10,978 bases of DNA from Candidatus Ratteibacteria bacterium (GCA_049971295.1 JBMFLH010000062.1:1-10978); one strand, 5' to 3'; shown: positions 1 through 8,763, counted from the stretch's first letter. Notes: generated by a model from the letters alone, not told the origin. Made by a program: numbers and translations.

Positions 1-178
1 GCTCAATTTTTGTATTAACTTCCTGAAATTTGTTTGAAGTTGCTGTTTCATTCGCTGCCAGTTTCTGTTCCATTTCTTCTTTCAGAATACTGACATCGTC
101 TTTCATTGCAATGGTTGTGCAGCCACACAATCCAAGACACAAAATAAAAGATAATAGAATATTTTGACGGTTGTTCAT
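1..178 (-). CDS. cpoB: N-terminal part of a probable CpoB/YbgF tol-pal lipoprotein (runs off left edge)
   Basis: Not in the ORF track; translated by hand. ATG at 178-176 overlaps the pal stop (TAATG) and reads MNNRQNILLSFILCLGLCGCTTIAMKDDVSILKEEMEQKLAANETATSNKFQEVNTKIE. It has a signal peptide with lipobox LCG/C, then coiled-coil-like sequence. The position right after pal is canonical for cpoB. The diagnostic TPR domain is outside the window. Confidence 0.7.
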   Translation of the reverse strand, partial: MNNRQNILLSFILCLGLCGCTTIAMKDDVSILKEEMEQKLAANETATSNKFQEVNTKIE

Positions 179-798
179 TATTTTATTTTGAATTCGCACC
201 TTCTGTTTTTTGCCCATGCTTCTTCGTTGTGACCGGGATCTGCTGGCTTTGCTTCACCATAGCTGATTGTATAAAGTCGCTTTGGAGATATGCCAATTCC
301 TATCAGAAAATTTCTCGTGCTCAGAGCCCTCTGTTCTCCAAGGACAAGGTTGTACTCATCTGTTCCGCGTTCATCGCAATGGCCTTCAATCAAAATGGAA
401 ATCTGCGGATTTTTCTTCAGATAATCAGCAATGGCTTGCAATTTACCTTGCTCAGAAGTTTTTATGTTGTATTTGTCAAAATCAAAATAAATGGGCTGGA
501 AAATAGATTTTATTTGTTCACCGGGTTCAATAAAAGTTGGTGTTTCCGCCGGTTTTACAGGGGGTATCTCTCCACCGGTTGTGGCGACTAATTTTTCATC
601 TGGTGTGGCTGTGCCTGGTGCTGGTGTGGTCGTTACTGTAGGTGGACTGACAGTTGGTTGCTCGACTACTGTGGACTGTTTTAGTTTTGTTGGCTCTATT
701 TTTGAATCTGGCACAGGTTTTTTTGAATAAGGACAGCATCCTGAAAAAATAAACATTAACGATATCACACATATCAACATTCCCGCTATCGTTTTCAA
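178..798 (-). CDS. pal: Peptidoglycan-associated lipoprotein Pal (OmpA-like C-terminal domain)
   Basis: Lipoprotein signal (FSG/C); motifs IYFDFDKYNI, IEGHCDERGTDEYNLVLGEQRA, ISYGE and WAKNRR; TTG start with strong SD AAAGGAGGA upstream; located downstream of tolB. Confidence 0.96.
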   Translation of the reverse strand: MKTIAGMLICVISLMFIFSGCCPYSKKPVPDSKIEPTKLKQSTVVEQPTVSPPTVTTTPAPGTATPDEKLVATTGGEIPPVKPAETPTFIEPGEQIKSIFQPIYFDFDKYNIKTSEQGKLQAIADYLKKNPQISILIEGHCDERGTDEYNLVLGEQRALSTRNFLIGIGISPKRLYTISYGEAKPADPGHNEEAWAKNRRCEFKIK

Positions 799-841
799 TT
801 TTCCTCCTTTTTAGTTGATTATATCAAAGCTTAGTATTTTG

Positions 842-2080
842 TCAACGAATATCCCAGCAACCACTCCAGGCATTATCTGCAACTTTTCTCATTTTTAAGG
901 AATATATATCTATTGTCCATAAAGAATTTATAAATTTTTCCTGCCTGGTAAAAAGTATATGCCTGCTGTCAGGTGCCCATGAGGGTGCATCACACCAGGG
1001 AAGTGATTGTGTGAGAATTTTTCTTTTGTCTGTTTCCCACTCGTATATCTCAATGAACATCTCTGTTCCATATCTGATAGCATACGCGAGATATTTTCCG
1101 TCTGGAGACCAGCAGGGAGATGTAATGTAATTTGATGGGATGTCCAGTTTTCTGACATTCAATCCATGAACATTCATAACCCATAACCTTGTTTTACCAT
1201 CTCTGTCAGATACAAACGCAATGTTCTCTCCACCAGGAGAAACCGACGGAGATGCATTCAATCCTTTTTTCTCAGTAAGCCGTTTCAAAATGTTTCCATT
1301 CAGGTCAACAAGATAGATATCAGGATTTCCGCTTCTACTCAAAACAACTGCTGCGCGATTTTGATTTCTAAAAAACGATGCGCATGCATTGAGCCCGGGT
1401 TCTGCAAGAAATGTTTCAATCTGGTTTGTTTCCAGATTAAAGATGTCAAGGGATGGAAACAATTTTCTGTATGAAAGAAAAAGAACCTTTTTCATATCAG
1501 GAAACCATCTTGGATAATTGATGATGTAATCAGTTGATAAAAGAATCGTTGCATTTGAACCATCATAGTCGGCAACCATTAAACAATATTTGCCATCTTT
1601 TCTTGTCATATATAAAATTTTGCTCCGGGCAATGCCTGGTTTTCCTGTTAATCGATAAACAATTTCATCACTTACGATATGAGCAAGTTCAACCGGGGAT
1701 TTACCGATATCTATTGTAAATTGAGAAAAAATAGTTTTTTCAACAGTATCATAAATTACAGTTTTAAGTTTTCCGTTCATCTTGCAGAAAATTAAAATAT
1801 TCGCATTATATTTTGATAACCCATCATCCATCTCTGATTGAATGTTGTAGTTTTCTTTGAAACTGGTGTTTTTGATTTCTAAATAATCAGAATAATTCAG
1901 ATCCTTTACAAGTTGAGTGCAAAATTCATCGAGAAAGTTTGTCTTTTTCTCTCCTATCAGAATTACAGCATTGGTTTTTATTTCTGTGGACGAGGTGATT
2001 TCAATAGTGATTCTGCTTTGCCCATAAAGAAAGGAAAAAGTACTTAGGAATAATAATAAGAGTATCCCGTGTTTATTCAT
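842..2080 (-). CDS. tolB: Tol-Pal beta-propeller protein TolB
   Basis: Signal peptide; LAHIVSDEIVYRLTGKPGIARSKI, ADYDGSN and PD40-type repeats (PRWFPD, PSVSPGG, PCWSPDG, PSWAPDS); lies between tolA-like gene and pal. Confidence 0.93.
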   Translation of the reverse strand: MNKHGILLLLFLSTFSFLYGQSRITIEITSSTEIKTNAVILIGEKKTNFLDEFCTQLVKDLNYSDYLEIKNTSFKENYNIQSEMDDGLSKYNANILIFCKMNGKLKTVIYDTVEKTIFSQFTIDIGKSPVELAHIVSDEIVYRLTGKPGIARSKILYMTRKDGKYCLMVADYDGSNATILLSTDYIINYPRWFPDMKKVLFLSYRKLFPSLDIFNLETNQIETFLAEPGLNACASFFRNQNRAAVVLSRSGNPDIYLVDLNGNILKRLTEKKGLNASPSVSPGGENIAFVSDRDGKTRLWVMNVHGLNVRKLDIPSNYITSPCWSPDGKYLAYAIRYGTEMFIEIYEWETDKRKILTQSLPWCDAPSWAPDSRHILFTRQEKFINSLWTIDIYSLKMRKVADNAWSGCWDIR

Positions 2081-2865
2081 TCTATTCCCCTAATGTTGAA
2101 CTTTACGGCAATTTCAAGATATGCTGATTTATAAGTTTCTGGAAGCGGTGGTAAATCCGATGCTTCCTTCACTGCCCTGATAGCGCTTTCGTCAAATTCC
2201 TTAAAACCTGAACTTTTTTCAAGCACGATTTCTTCAAGCGTTCCATCTTTTTTGATTTTGAATGATACAATAGAAGTTGAAATGTAATTTTTCCCTTTTG
2301 GGGGTTTCCACTTTCTTTGTAAAATCAGTTTAATGTTCTCAAGATATTCAAGAGGTATGATATTACCCGCGGGCAAACTTGATGTCTGAATACCTATGGA
2401 TGGGCCTGTTTCACGTCCAGTATTTGTTAGCGGGAAAATTTTTGAGGCAAGAGAAGTTTTCCCTTGTGAAGAATCTTGAATAGATGCTGTTTTACCAGAG
2501 GATGTATCTTCTGATTTATCAGGTGATGTTCGGGATAATTTTTTGTTTATTTCTGAGATAAATTCATCACGAGAAAATTTTTCAACAAAAGATGGCGTTC
2601 CGACAATTCCTTCAGCACCTGTTTTTTCCGCGTGTGCACCTGTTTGAACTGGAAGACTTTTATGAGATGTGCTAACAATTGATGCTTCAGCGGGTTCGGG
2701 TTTGAATGTAGATATCACATGATTTGAAATTTCTATGGTTGGAGGTAAACTCATTAGATCAACCACATATACTGGTACTACTTGCTTTGTTTTCATAGCA
2801 TTATGTGCAATAAGAACAATAGGCAGTGCATGAAGTAATACTGAAGCCAATAACGACCTTTTCAT
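2077..2865 (-). CDS. tolA: TolA/TonB-family energy transducer
   Basis: N-terminal TM anchor with SxxxH motif (SVLLH), low-complexity Ser/Thr-rich linker and TonB/TolA C-terminal domain (FKIKKDG...SSGFKEFDESAIRAV...LPPLP). Position between tolR and tolB, with ATGA overlaps on both sides. Confidence 0.82.
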   Translation of the reverse strand: MKRSLLASVLLHALPIVLIAHNAMKTKQVVPVYVVDLMSLPPTIEISNHVISTFKPEPAEASIVSTSHKSLPVQTGAHAEKTGAEGIVGTPSFVEKFSRDEFISEINKKLSRTSPDKSEDTSSGKTASIQDSSQGKTSLASKIFPLTNTGRETGPSIGIQTSSLPAGNIIPLEYLENIKLILQRKWKPPKGKNYISTSIVSFKIKKDGTLEEIVLEKSSGFKEFDESAIRAVKEASDLPPLPETYKSAYLEIAVKFNIRGIE

Positions 2866-3290
2866 TTTTCTGTTTTCGTCTGGGTAGCAAGGCCTATTTT
2901 TTTTACATCGGCGCGTTTCAAAACATCCAGAACACTGATTAATTCCTGATATGTAATGGATCTGTCTCCTTTGATGATGATTCCAAGTTCAGGGTTTTGC
3001 GACATTGTACTGCGAACGATATTTTCAAGGTTTTCAATCCGCACCTGCTGATTTCCCCAGAAAATCACGCCATTTTTCGCCACAGTCAGAATAACACTTT
3101 TCTGAATAGCCATTTTTCCTGGGCCAGAAACTGGAAGTTTTACTTCCATCCCCTGCTCTATCATTGGTGATACAATCATCAGTATTATGACAAGAACAAG
3201 GGCAATATCAATAAAATTGATAATATTGATTCTACTGAGAGCGTTTTCACTGTTCCGGTCTATCTCAAAAAAAATATCGTTGTTGTTCAT
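2862..3290 (-). CDS. tolR: TolR/ExbD biopolymer transport protein
   Basis: INIINFIDIALVLVIILMI TM segment with the conserved Asp; VKLP, IKGDRSITY and KIGLAT motifs. Confidence 0.9.
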   Translation of the reverse strand: MNNNDIFFEIDRNSENALSRINIINFIDIALVLVIILMIVSPMIEQGMEVKLPVSGPGKMAIQKSVILTVAKNGVIFWGNQQVRIENLENIVRSTMSQNPELGIIIKGDRSITYQELISVLDVLKRADVKKIGLATQTKTEK

Positions 3291-3886
3291 TTGATAGCAG
3301 TGTGGAATGATTCAAGTATATAATTCGCCTGCATCTGTATGTTTCTAATCTGTCCATTTAAGTAATTGTACCCGAGCGCTGCAGGTATGGCAACAAGTAG
3401 TCCAACAAAGGTAACAATCAATGCTTCTGAAATGCCTGAAGCAATAATTGATACAGAAGATGTACCCGTTTGCCCGATATTGTGAAAAGCCATAAGTATT
3501 CCCCACACTGTTCCAAGAAGACCCATAAATGGAGCAACAGCAGATATAGAAAGTAAGAAATCAATTTTATTGTTCAGACGGGATATTTCTTCGCTGGCAA
3601 ATCTTTTAAGGAGAATAAGAAGTTTTTCTTCAGAAATATTCTGTCTGGATTTTTCCTGCAAAATTCTTGATAGTATTCTTGACCATGGTGAACCTGGTAC
3701 GTTCAACATCTTTCCACTATAAAAACTTGAAACAAACTTTTCATTTGCGCGGCGTACTCTTTTTAACAGTATAAATTTCTCAATCATAATATCCCAGCTG
3801 TAAATTGAAAGGGTAAATAGTAGTATAAGATCTATTTTCCCCACCCAGTCGCAGTGCTTCCAGCTTGCTATCCATATATTTTCCAC
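3287..3886 (-). CDS. tolQ: TolQ (MotA/TolQ/ExbB proton channel)
   Basis: APFMGLLGTVWGI and GISEALIVTFVGLLVAIPA motifs. Start revised from 3946, which lies inside the tRNA, to the in-frame GTG at 3886-3884, preceded by AAGGA about 10 nt upstream; 199 aa. Confidence 0.92.
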   Translation of the reverse strand: MENIWIASWKHCDWVGKIDLILLFTLSIYSWDIMIEKFILLKRVRRANEKFVSSFYSGKMLNVPGSPWSRILSRILQEKSRQNISEEKLLILLKRFASEEISRLNNKIDFLLSISAVAPFMGLLGTVWGILMAFHNIGQTGTSSVSIIASGISEALIVTFVGLLVAIPAALGYNYLNGQIRNIQMQANYILESFHTAIK

Positions 3887-3913
3887 CGTGTCTGTATCCT
3901 TTGTAATATTCTG

Positions 3914-3986
3914 CGCCCCCAGCCGGAATCGAACCGGCGCTACCACCTTGAAAGAGTGGTGACCTGGGCCGCTAGTCGATGGGGGC
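3914..3986 (-). tRNA. tRNA-Glu (anticodon UUC), CCA not encoded
   Basis: Minus strand folds as a cloverleaf: GCCCCCA TC GACTAGCGGCCCAGGTC A CCACT CT-TTC-AA GGTGG TAGC GCCGG TTCGATT CCGGC TGGGGGC G. It has a 7-bp acceptor stem, a T-loop and the 4-nt variable loop typical of tRNA-Glu; 73 nt. Confidence 0.96.
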
Positions 3987-4002
3987 TATTTAGTTCCTAT
4001 TT

Positions 4003-4031
4003 ATTATAAGGATAAACCTGTGTTCAGTCAA
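4003..4031 (-). promoter_or_regulatory. Sigma70-type promoter for tRNA-Glu/tol-pal
   Basis: TTGACT (4031-4026), 17-nt spacer, TATAAT (4008-4003); ends 16 nt upstream of the mature tRNA 5' end. Confidence 0.85.
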
Positions 4032-4235
4032 GAATCCGAATTGTGCCATAATAAATCCGCACCCTCCATCATCACTTCAAAAAAGAGGGAACCATAGAAA
4101 AGTTAGCCGAGAATAAGACAGGAAGTATCTTTGAAAAGCCCCAAACTTCAAAGCCCTAAAATTTCCTTAATGCTAAACACTAATGAATCTTTTGCTCGCT
4201 TCGCAATAAAGAACCTGAGATTATTAAATTAGATA

Positions 4236-5705
4236 TTAGATCCATAAAAGATGGTGTCCCTTAGCAAGTGTCTTTTTGAGATAAATATCAGTTCCTTCAA
4301 CAGAAATGGCAACGTTTAATGTTTCAGTTGTTTCAATGGCAATTTTTCTTTTCTGGATACCATTTTTTTTGTAACATACGAGAGAAACAGATTTTTTATT
4401 AAATTTCAGATTTTTGATTCCGTGTGTGCATTCAGCAGATATATTCCAGTAAATAGTATTGGAACTTGCGTCAAGGGTAAAACCAAGAATATTTTCTATT
4501 AACATTGCAATAGGTCCAAGGCCGCTCCATCCCACGAATGCATTTCTTACAAGATTTCCGGTTTCTTTTACTGTTGCTGGCATAAAGAATTCAGGACTAT
4601 ATGCTTCCCATATACCTGAGTAAGTTTTATCATTGAAAACCTCAGTCATGCCAATCAGATGTTTTCGAACGATTTTTCTCGCAATGCTGTTTCTATTATT
4701 TTTTTTCAATCCGGATACGATCATATAATTTGTGGGAGCCCAAACTCCACCGAGCCAGTACGCACCAAATGGATCATAGTTTGGGTCAGATTTTGCCAGT
4801 GATGGTACAGGATGTAATGTCCAGAATTCACCTGGGTTTAAAAGATGCTGCACCATGCCATTAATCTGGCCATCGTCTGCCACATGACTGATCATTGGCC
4901 AAAATGAAGCAACAGTTTTTGCATTGAGGAAATTGTGCCTGAGGGAACGGATATTTCTTGAGAAAACATCATAATAAAACTGATGCTTTTCGCACCAGTG
5001 GTATTTGATGATTAGATTTTTAAGATTTTGAAATTCTGAAAGAAAAAACTCCTCATCTTTATTTTTATTAAGTAGGTGGGCAATTTTTGCGATATAAGTG
5101 GCACTTAATGCCTGCTGGGATGATAAATCTATCCAGCAGACATCACTTCCATTAAGGAATTGTGAAGTATAACCGCTGCGAGGGGAATTATCCATGCCAC
5201 TGGAACCAGTATCTTCAAACCAGTACAAACCACTGTTGCGGGTTCTATTTTTTTTAATCCATAAATAATACTTTTTCAAGATTGGGAAAATCTTTTCAAG
5301 TCGTGAGGCGTCTCCCGTAACGAGATAATATTCCCATTCTGCCCAGGCATAAAGTGGTGGATTGATTCTTTCTCCGTAGGCAGGCTTTTCTGTTTTAATC
5401 CTGTAAGCCATGCTGATATAACCGTCTTGTCTTTGAAGTTTATAAAGATTGTCAAGATTATTCGTTGCAGGGAGTGTACCATTCGAGTATCTCAGGAAAA
5501 AAACCATGAAGCATGAATCCCACTGCCATATATTTCCTGAGTTCGGCATGCATGTTATGTGGGGTAGCCAGTTTTTCTTTTCAGGATACTCAATGTTCTG
5601 GAAAGCAGTTTTCCAGCAGGCATAATAAAGGTTGATAAATTCAGGTCTTTCTTCATACACTGGTTCCGGCAATTCACTTTCATTGTAGGCGAATTTTTCT
5701 TTCAT
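4236..5705 (-). CDS. GH63/MGH1-like (trehalase-like) (alpha/alpha)6 glycoside hydrolase, substrate unknown
   Basis: IWQWDSCF, NPPLYAWAEW, SGMDNSPR, YWLGGVWAPTNYM, IWEAYSPE and FVGWSG motifs match six-hairpin glycosidases; no signal peptide; 13 nt after rmlD, with AAGGA SD. Confidence 0.8.
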   Translation of the reverse strand: MKEKFAYNESELPEPVYEERPEFINLYYACWKTAFQNIEYPEKKNWLPHITCMPNSGNIWQWDSCFMVFFLRYSNGTLPATNNLDNLYKLQRQDGYISMAYRIKTEKPAYGERINPPLYAWAEWEYYLVTGDASRLEKIFPILKKYYLWIKKNRTRNSGLYWFEDTGSSGMDNSPRSGYTSQFLNGSDVCWIDLSSQQALSATYIAKIAHLLNKNKDEEFFLSEFQNLKNLIIKYHWCEKHQFYYDVFSRNIRSLRHNFLNAKTVASFWPMISHVADDGQINGMVQHLLNPGEFWTLHPVPSLAKSDPNYDPFGAYWLGGVWAPTNYMIVSGLKKNNRNSIARKIVRKHLIGMTEVFNDKTYSGIWEAYSPEFFMPATVKETGNLVRNAFVGWSGLGPIAMLIENILGFTLDASSNTIYWNISAECTHGIKNLKFNKKSVSLVCYKKNGIQKRKIAIETTETLNVAISVEGTDIYLKKTLAKGHHLLWI

Positions 5706-5718
5706 TTTTATTTCCTTG

Positions 5719-6585
5719 TTATTGTTTCATTATCGTATTTCTTTTAGGTAATTCCTGTTTCAGATATTCTTCAAGAGCCTCCTGCCAGGGCCTTGGTTGA
5801 TAAAAATTCTTGCTGAACAACGTCGTGTCAAGGGCAGAGAATCGAGGTCTTTCTGCAATTGATTGATGAAAATCCTTAATACTCACAGGAACTAATAAAG
5901 ATGGATCTATATTCAGGTATTTACATATGTACAGGGCATATTCATGCCAGTTACAAAAACCGCTATTACAGAAATGAAGCAGTCCATAAAATTGTGTTTT
6001 TGCTATTTCAAACAGCGCTATTGCAAGGTCCTTTGCGTATGTGGGAGAGTTAACAAGATCTGTTGTGACTATAGTTTTTTCTCCACGCAACAATCTACAT
6101 GGAAGAGTACTTGCAAAGTTATTACCGGTTTTTCCAAATATTCTTGAACTGCGCACGATGGTGTACTTTGAACACATGCTGGATACAATTCTTTCCCCTT
6201 CAAACTTTGTTTTTCCATAAATTGAAAGTGGATTTGGAACATCCTGTTCTTTATAAGGCTGGGTTTGCATTCCATCAAAAACAAAATCGGTACTGAGATA
6301 AATAAGATGCGCATTAAATTTTTCCGCAAAAAATACAATGTTATTTGTACCAGAAACATTTATCCTGAACGCTGAAACTGGGTCATTTTCTGAAAGATCA
6401 ACATTGGTAAATGCAGCGAGATGAAATACAAGGTCGGGTTTCATTGTATAAAACACGATTCTGACTGAAAAAAAATCAGTGATATCGCATTCTTTTCTTG
6501 ATAGAACTTTCAGTTTTTCAGATTTAACAATTTTTGACAGATATTTTCCAACAAGGCCAGTGCCACCAGTAATCAGAATTTTCAT
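5719..6585 (-). CDS. rfbD: dTDP-4-dehydrorhamnose reductase
   Basis: ILITGGTGLVG, CDITD, HLAAFTNVD, STDFVFDG, YGKTK (YxxxK), SPTY and RPRFSALD motifs. Confidence 0.95.
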   Translation of the reverse strand: MKILITGGTGLVGKYLSKIVKSEKLKVLSRKECDITDFFSVRIVFYTMKPDLVFHLAAFTNVDLSENDPVSAFRINVSGTNNIVFFAEKFNAHLIYLSTDFVFDGMQTQPYKEQDVPNPLSIYGKTKFEGERIVSSMCSKYTIVRSSRIFGKTGNNFASTLPCRLLRGEKTIVTTDLVNSPTYAKDLAIALFEIAKTQFYGLLHFCNSGFCNWHEYALYICKYLNIDPSLLVPVSIKDFHQSIAERPRFSALDTTLFSKNFYQPRPWQEALEEYLKQELPKRNTIMKQ

Positions 6586-7586
6586 AAATCAGGATACCTA
6601 CTTTTGTAATATTTCTGAAACTCAGGGCTGTTTTTTATAAACTTCCACCATTTTTCATTGTTGACATACCATTTGATTGTTTCATCAAGTCCTTTTTCAA
6701 AATCATAGACAGGGCAAAATCCAAGTTTCTGAATTTTTTCTGACGATAAACTGTATCTTTTATCGTGCGCGATGCGGTCGGGAACGCTTACTATAAGATT
6801 TTTATCCTTACCAAGAACTTCCAGAATTTTATAAAGCACATCGATATTTTTTCTTTCCTGATGGGCTGAAACATTGTAAATCTGGCCTGGCTGTCCTTTT
6901 TCAATGAGCAGATCAATTGCTCTGCATGTATCAAGAACATATAACCAGTCACGTACTTGTTTTCCATCTCCATATAATGGAATTTTCTTGTTTTCAAGAG
7001 CATTTGTTATGGCAAGTGGAATGAATTTTTCAGGATGTTGAAATGGTCCGAAATTGTTTGTAAATCTTACTATGAGTGCAGGAATGTTATAACACCGAAT
7101 GTAAGAAAGTACAAGTAAATCAGCAGAAGCTTTACTTGCGGCATATGGATTTGTGGGATTTAATGAAGAATGTTCTACAAATGAACCTGATTCAATACTA
7201 CCATAAACTTCATCGGTTGAAATGTGAATGTATTTTTTGATTACCTTTGAATTTTTTACAACTTCAAGTATTCGGTGCGTGCCAAGAATATCAGTTAGCA
7301 AAAAAGTTTCAGGGTTTTCAAGAGACCTATCCACATGCGTTTCAGCAGCAAAATGAACAATGATGTTGCATTCATCAAGGGCTTCCTTAATCTCTGTCGC
7401 ATGGCAAATATCGATCTTAATAAATGTGTGGTTGGTAAATTCATTTAAGAATTCAACTGTAATAGGATTCGCGGCATATGTCATCTTGTCGATATTAAGA
7501 ACCTGTATTTCAGGATATTTTTCACAAATAAACCTGACAAAGTTAGAGCCAATAAATCCTGCTCCACCTGTCACAGCGATTTTCAT
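6582..7586 (-). CDS. rfbB: dTDP-glucose 4,6-dehydratase
   Basis: VTGGAGFIGSNF, DKMTYA, FAAETHVDRS, HISTDEVYG, PYAASKA, QHPEKFIP and RDWLYV motifs. Confidence 0.97.
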   Translation of the reverse strand: MKIAVTGGAGFIGSNFVRFICEKYPEIQVLNIDKMTYAANPITVEFLNEFTNHTFIKIDICHATEIKEALDECNIIVHFAAETHVDRSLENPETFLLTDILGTHRILEVVKNSKVIKKYIHISTDEVYGSIESGSFVEHSSLNPTNPYAASKASADLLVLSYIRCYNIPALIVRFTNNFGPFQHPEKFIPLAITNALENKKIPLYGDGKQVRDWLYVLDTCRAIDLLIEKGQPGQIYNVSAHQERKNIDVLYKILEVLGKDKNLIVSVPDRIAHDKRYSLSSEKIQKLGFCPVYDFEKGLDETIKWYVNNEKWWKFIKNSPEFQKYYKSRYPDL

Positions 7587-8308
7587 TTTCTTCCCCGTTG
7601 TTTTGCAACCAGAATGTTGGCTTTTAATAATGATTCAAATGTTCCTGCATCTGTCCACCATCCATCCAGGATACCATAAGTCATCTGGCCCCTTTCAATG
7701 TACATATTGTTCACATCAGTGATTTCAAGCTCTCCTCGTGCAGAAGGTTTCAGTGTTTTAATAAAATCAAAAACCTGATTGTCATACATATAAATTCCAA
7801 TGACAGCGTAACGAGACGGTGGAACAGTAGGTTTTTCAATGATTTTCACAATTTTACCATCACGAATTTCTGCAACACCGAACCGCTGGGGTTCATCAAC
7901 TTCTTTGAGGATGATTCGTGCTCCTGTTTTTTGTTTGCTAAATATTTTTACTTCTTTTGATATATCTTTCTCTATGATATTGTCGCCGAGAATAACAACG
8001 ATTTTTTCACCTGCCGCAAAATGTTCTGCCAGCGCAAGAGCGTGAGCAATACCTTTTTCACCTTCCTGATATGCATATGTAAGATGTTCAAGACCAAATT
8101 CTCTTCCATTTTCAAGTAACCTGAGAAAATCTCCAGAAGAAGTTCCTCCTGTGATGACCATGATATCCTTGATGCCTGTTTTCACAAGTGTCTCAAGCGG
8201 GTAATAAATCATTGGCCTGTCATACACAGGCAACAGATGCTTATTGGTTACTTTTGTCAGGGGATATAAACGGCTTCCAAGGCCACCAGCGAGTATCACT
8301 CCTTTCAT
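7583..8308 (-). CDS. rfbA: Glucose-1-phosphate thymidylyltransferase (short RmlA/SpsI type)
   Basis: MKGVILAGGLGSRLYPLT, NKHLLPVYDRPMI, LGDN, EKP, PSARGELEITD and WWTDAGT motifs. Start revised to the ATG at 8308, which overlaps the rmlC stop (TAATG). Confidence 0.93.
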   Translation of the reverse strand: MKGVILAGGLGSRLYPLTKVTNKHLLPVYDRPMIYYPLETLVKTGIKDIMVITGGTSSGDFLRLLENGREFGLEHLTYAYQEGEKGIAHALALAEHFAAGEKIVVILGDNIIEKDISKEVKIFSKQKTGARIILKEVDEPQRFGVAEIRDGKIVKIIEKPTVPPSRYAVIGIYMYDNQVFDFIKTLKPSARGELEITDVNNMYIERGQMTYGILDGWWTDAGTFESLLKANILVAKQRGRK

Positions 8309-8763
8309 TAGCGATTTTTCCTTTCCCATTTGTATGAAATTTTGTCTGTATCAAAAGGGAGGCGATACTCATCAGGTGATTGGTGGTCGTATGGCTGTGT
8401 CGGCAAGTTAAGTATGATTGCTTCTTCTGTTGATACACACATAAAACCATGATATACATTTGCTGGTATATGTACAAGCATTGGATTGAAATCACCAATT
8501 ACAAATTCATTGATTTCTCCATAGGTGGAACTACCTTCTCTAAGATCGCAGAGTACAATTTTTGCCATTCCAGAAATGACAGCCATATTATCATTTTGTA
8601 AACGATGCAGATGCCAGGCTTTTATGACACCTGGATAGCAGGTTGTTATATACACCTGGCCAAACTTTTCAAAAATTTCGTCATCATTTCTCAAAATTTC
8701 AAGAAGTCTTCCTCTCTCGTCTACATTGAATGATAGTTTTTTAACCTTAACACCCTGAATCAT
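8308..8763 (-). CDS. rfbC: dTDP-4-dehydrorhamnose 3,5-epimerase (cupin, short form)
   Basis: DERG, PGVIKAWHLH, DLREGSSTYG and IPANVYHGF motifs; SD AAAGGAG; heads the rml cluster. Confidence 0.9.
   Translation of the reverse strand: MIQGVKVKKLSFNVDERGRLLEILRNDDEIFEKFGQVYITTCYPGVIKAWHLHRLQNDNMAVISGMAKIVLCDLREGSSTYGEINEFVIGDFNPMLVHIPANVYHGFMCVSTEEAIILNLPTQPYDHQSPDEYRLPFDTDKISYKWERKNR

Noticed and set aside
600..680. Short direct repeats (TGGTGTGG, GTGGACTG) in pal
   Set aside because: Explained by Thr/Pro codons of the low-complexity linker; not a regular array or CRISPR.
3887..3946. N-terminal extension of tolQ ORF (MVAPVRFRLG...)
   Set aside because: It overlaps the tRNA; the GTG at 3886 has an SD and gives a normal TolQ.
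3880..3990. tRNA as an integration site for an island or prophage
   Set aside because: tolQ follows the 3' end directly; no integrase or duplicated tRNA 3' end was seen in the window.
8309..8329. Upstream start of rfbA (MGKEKSL)
   Set aside because: It lies within rfbC; MKGVILAGG at 8308 is the family-typical start with TAATG coupling.
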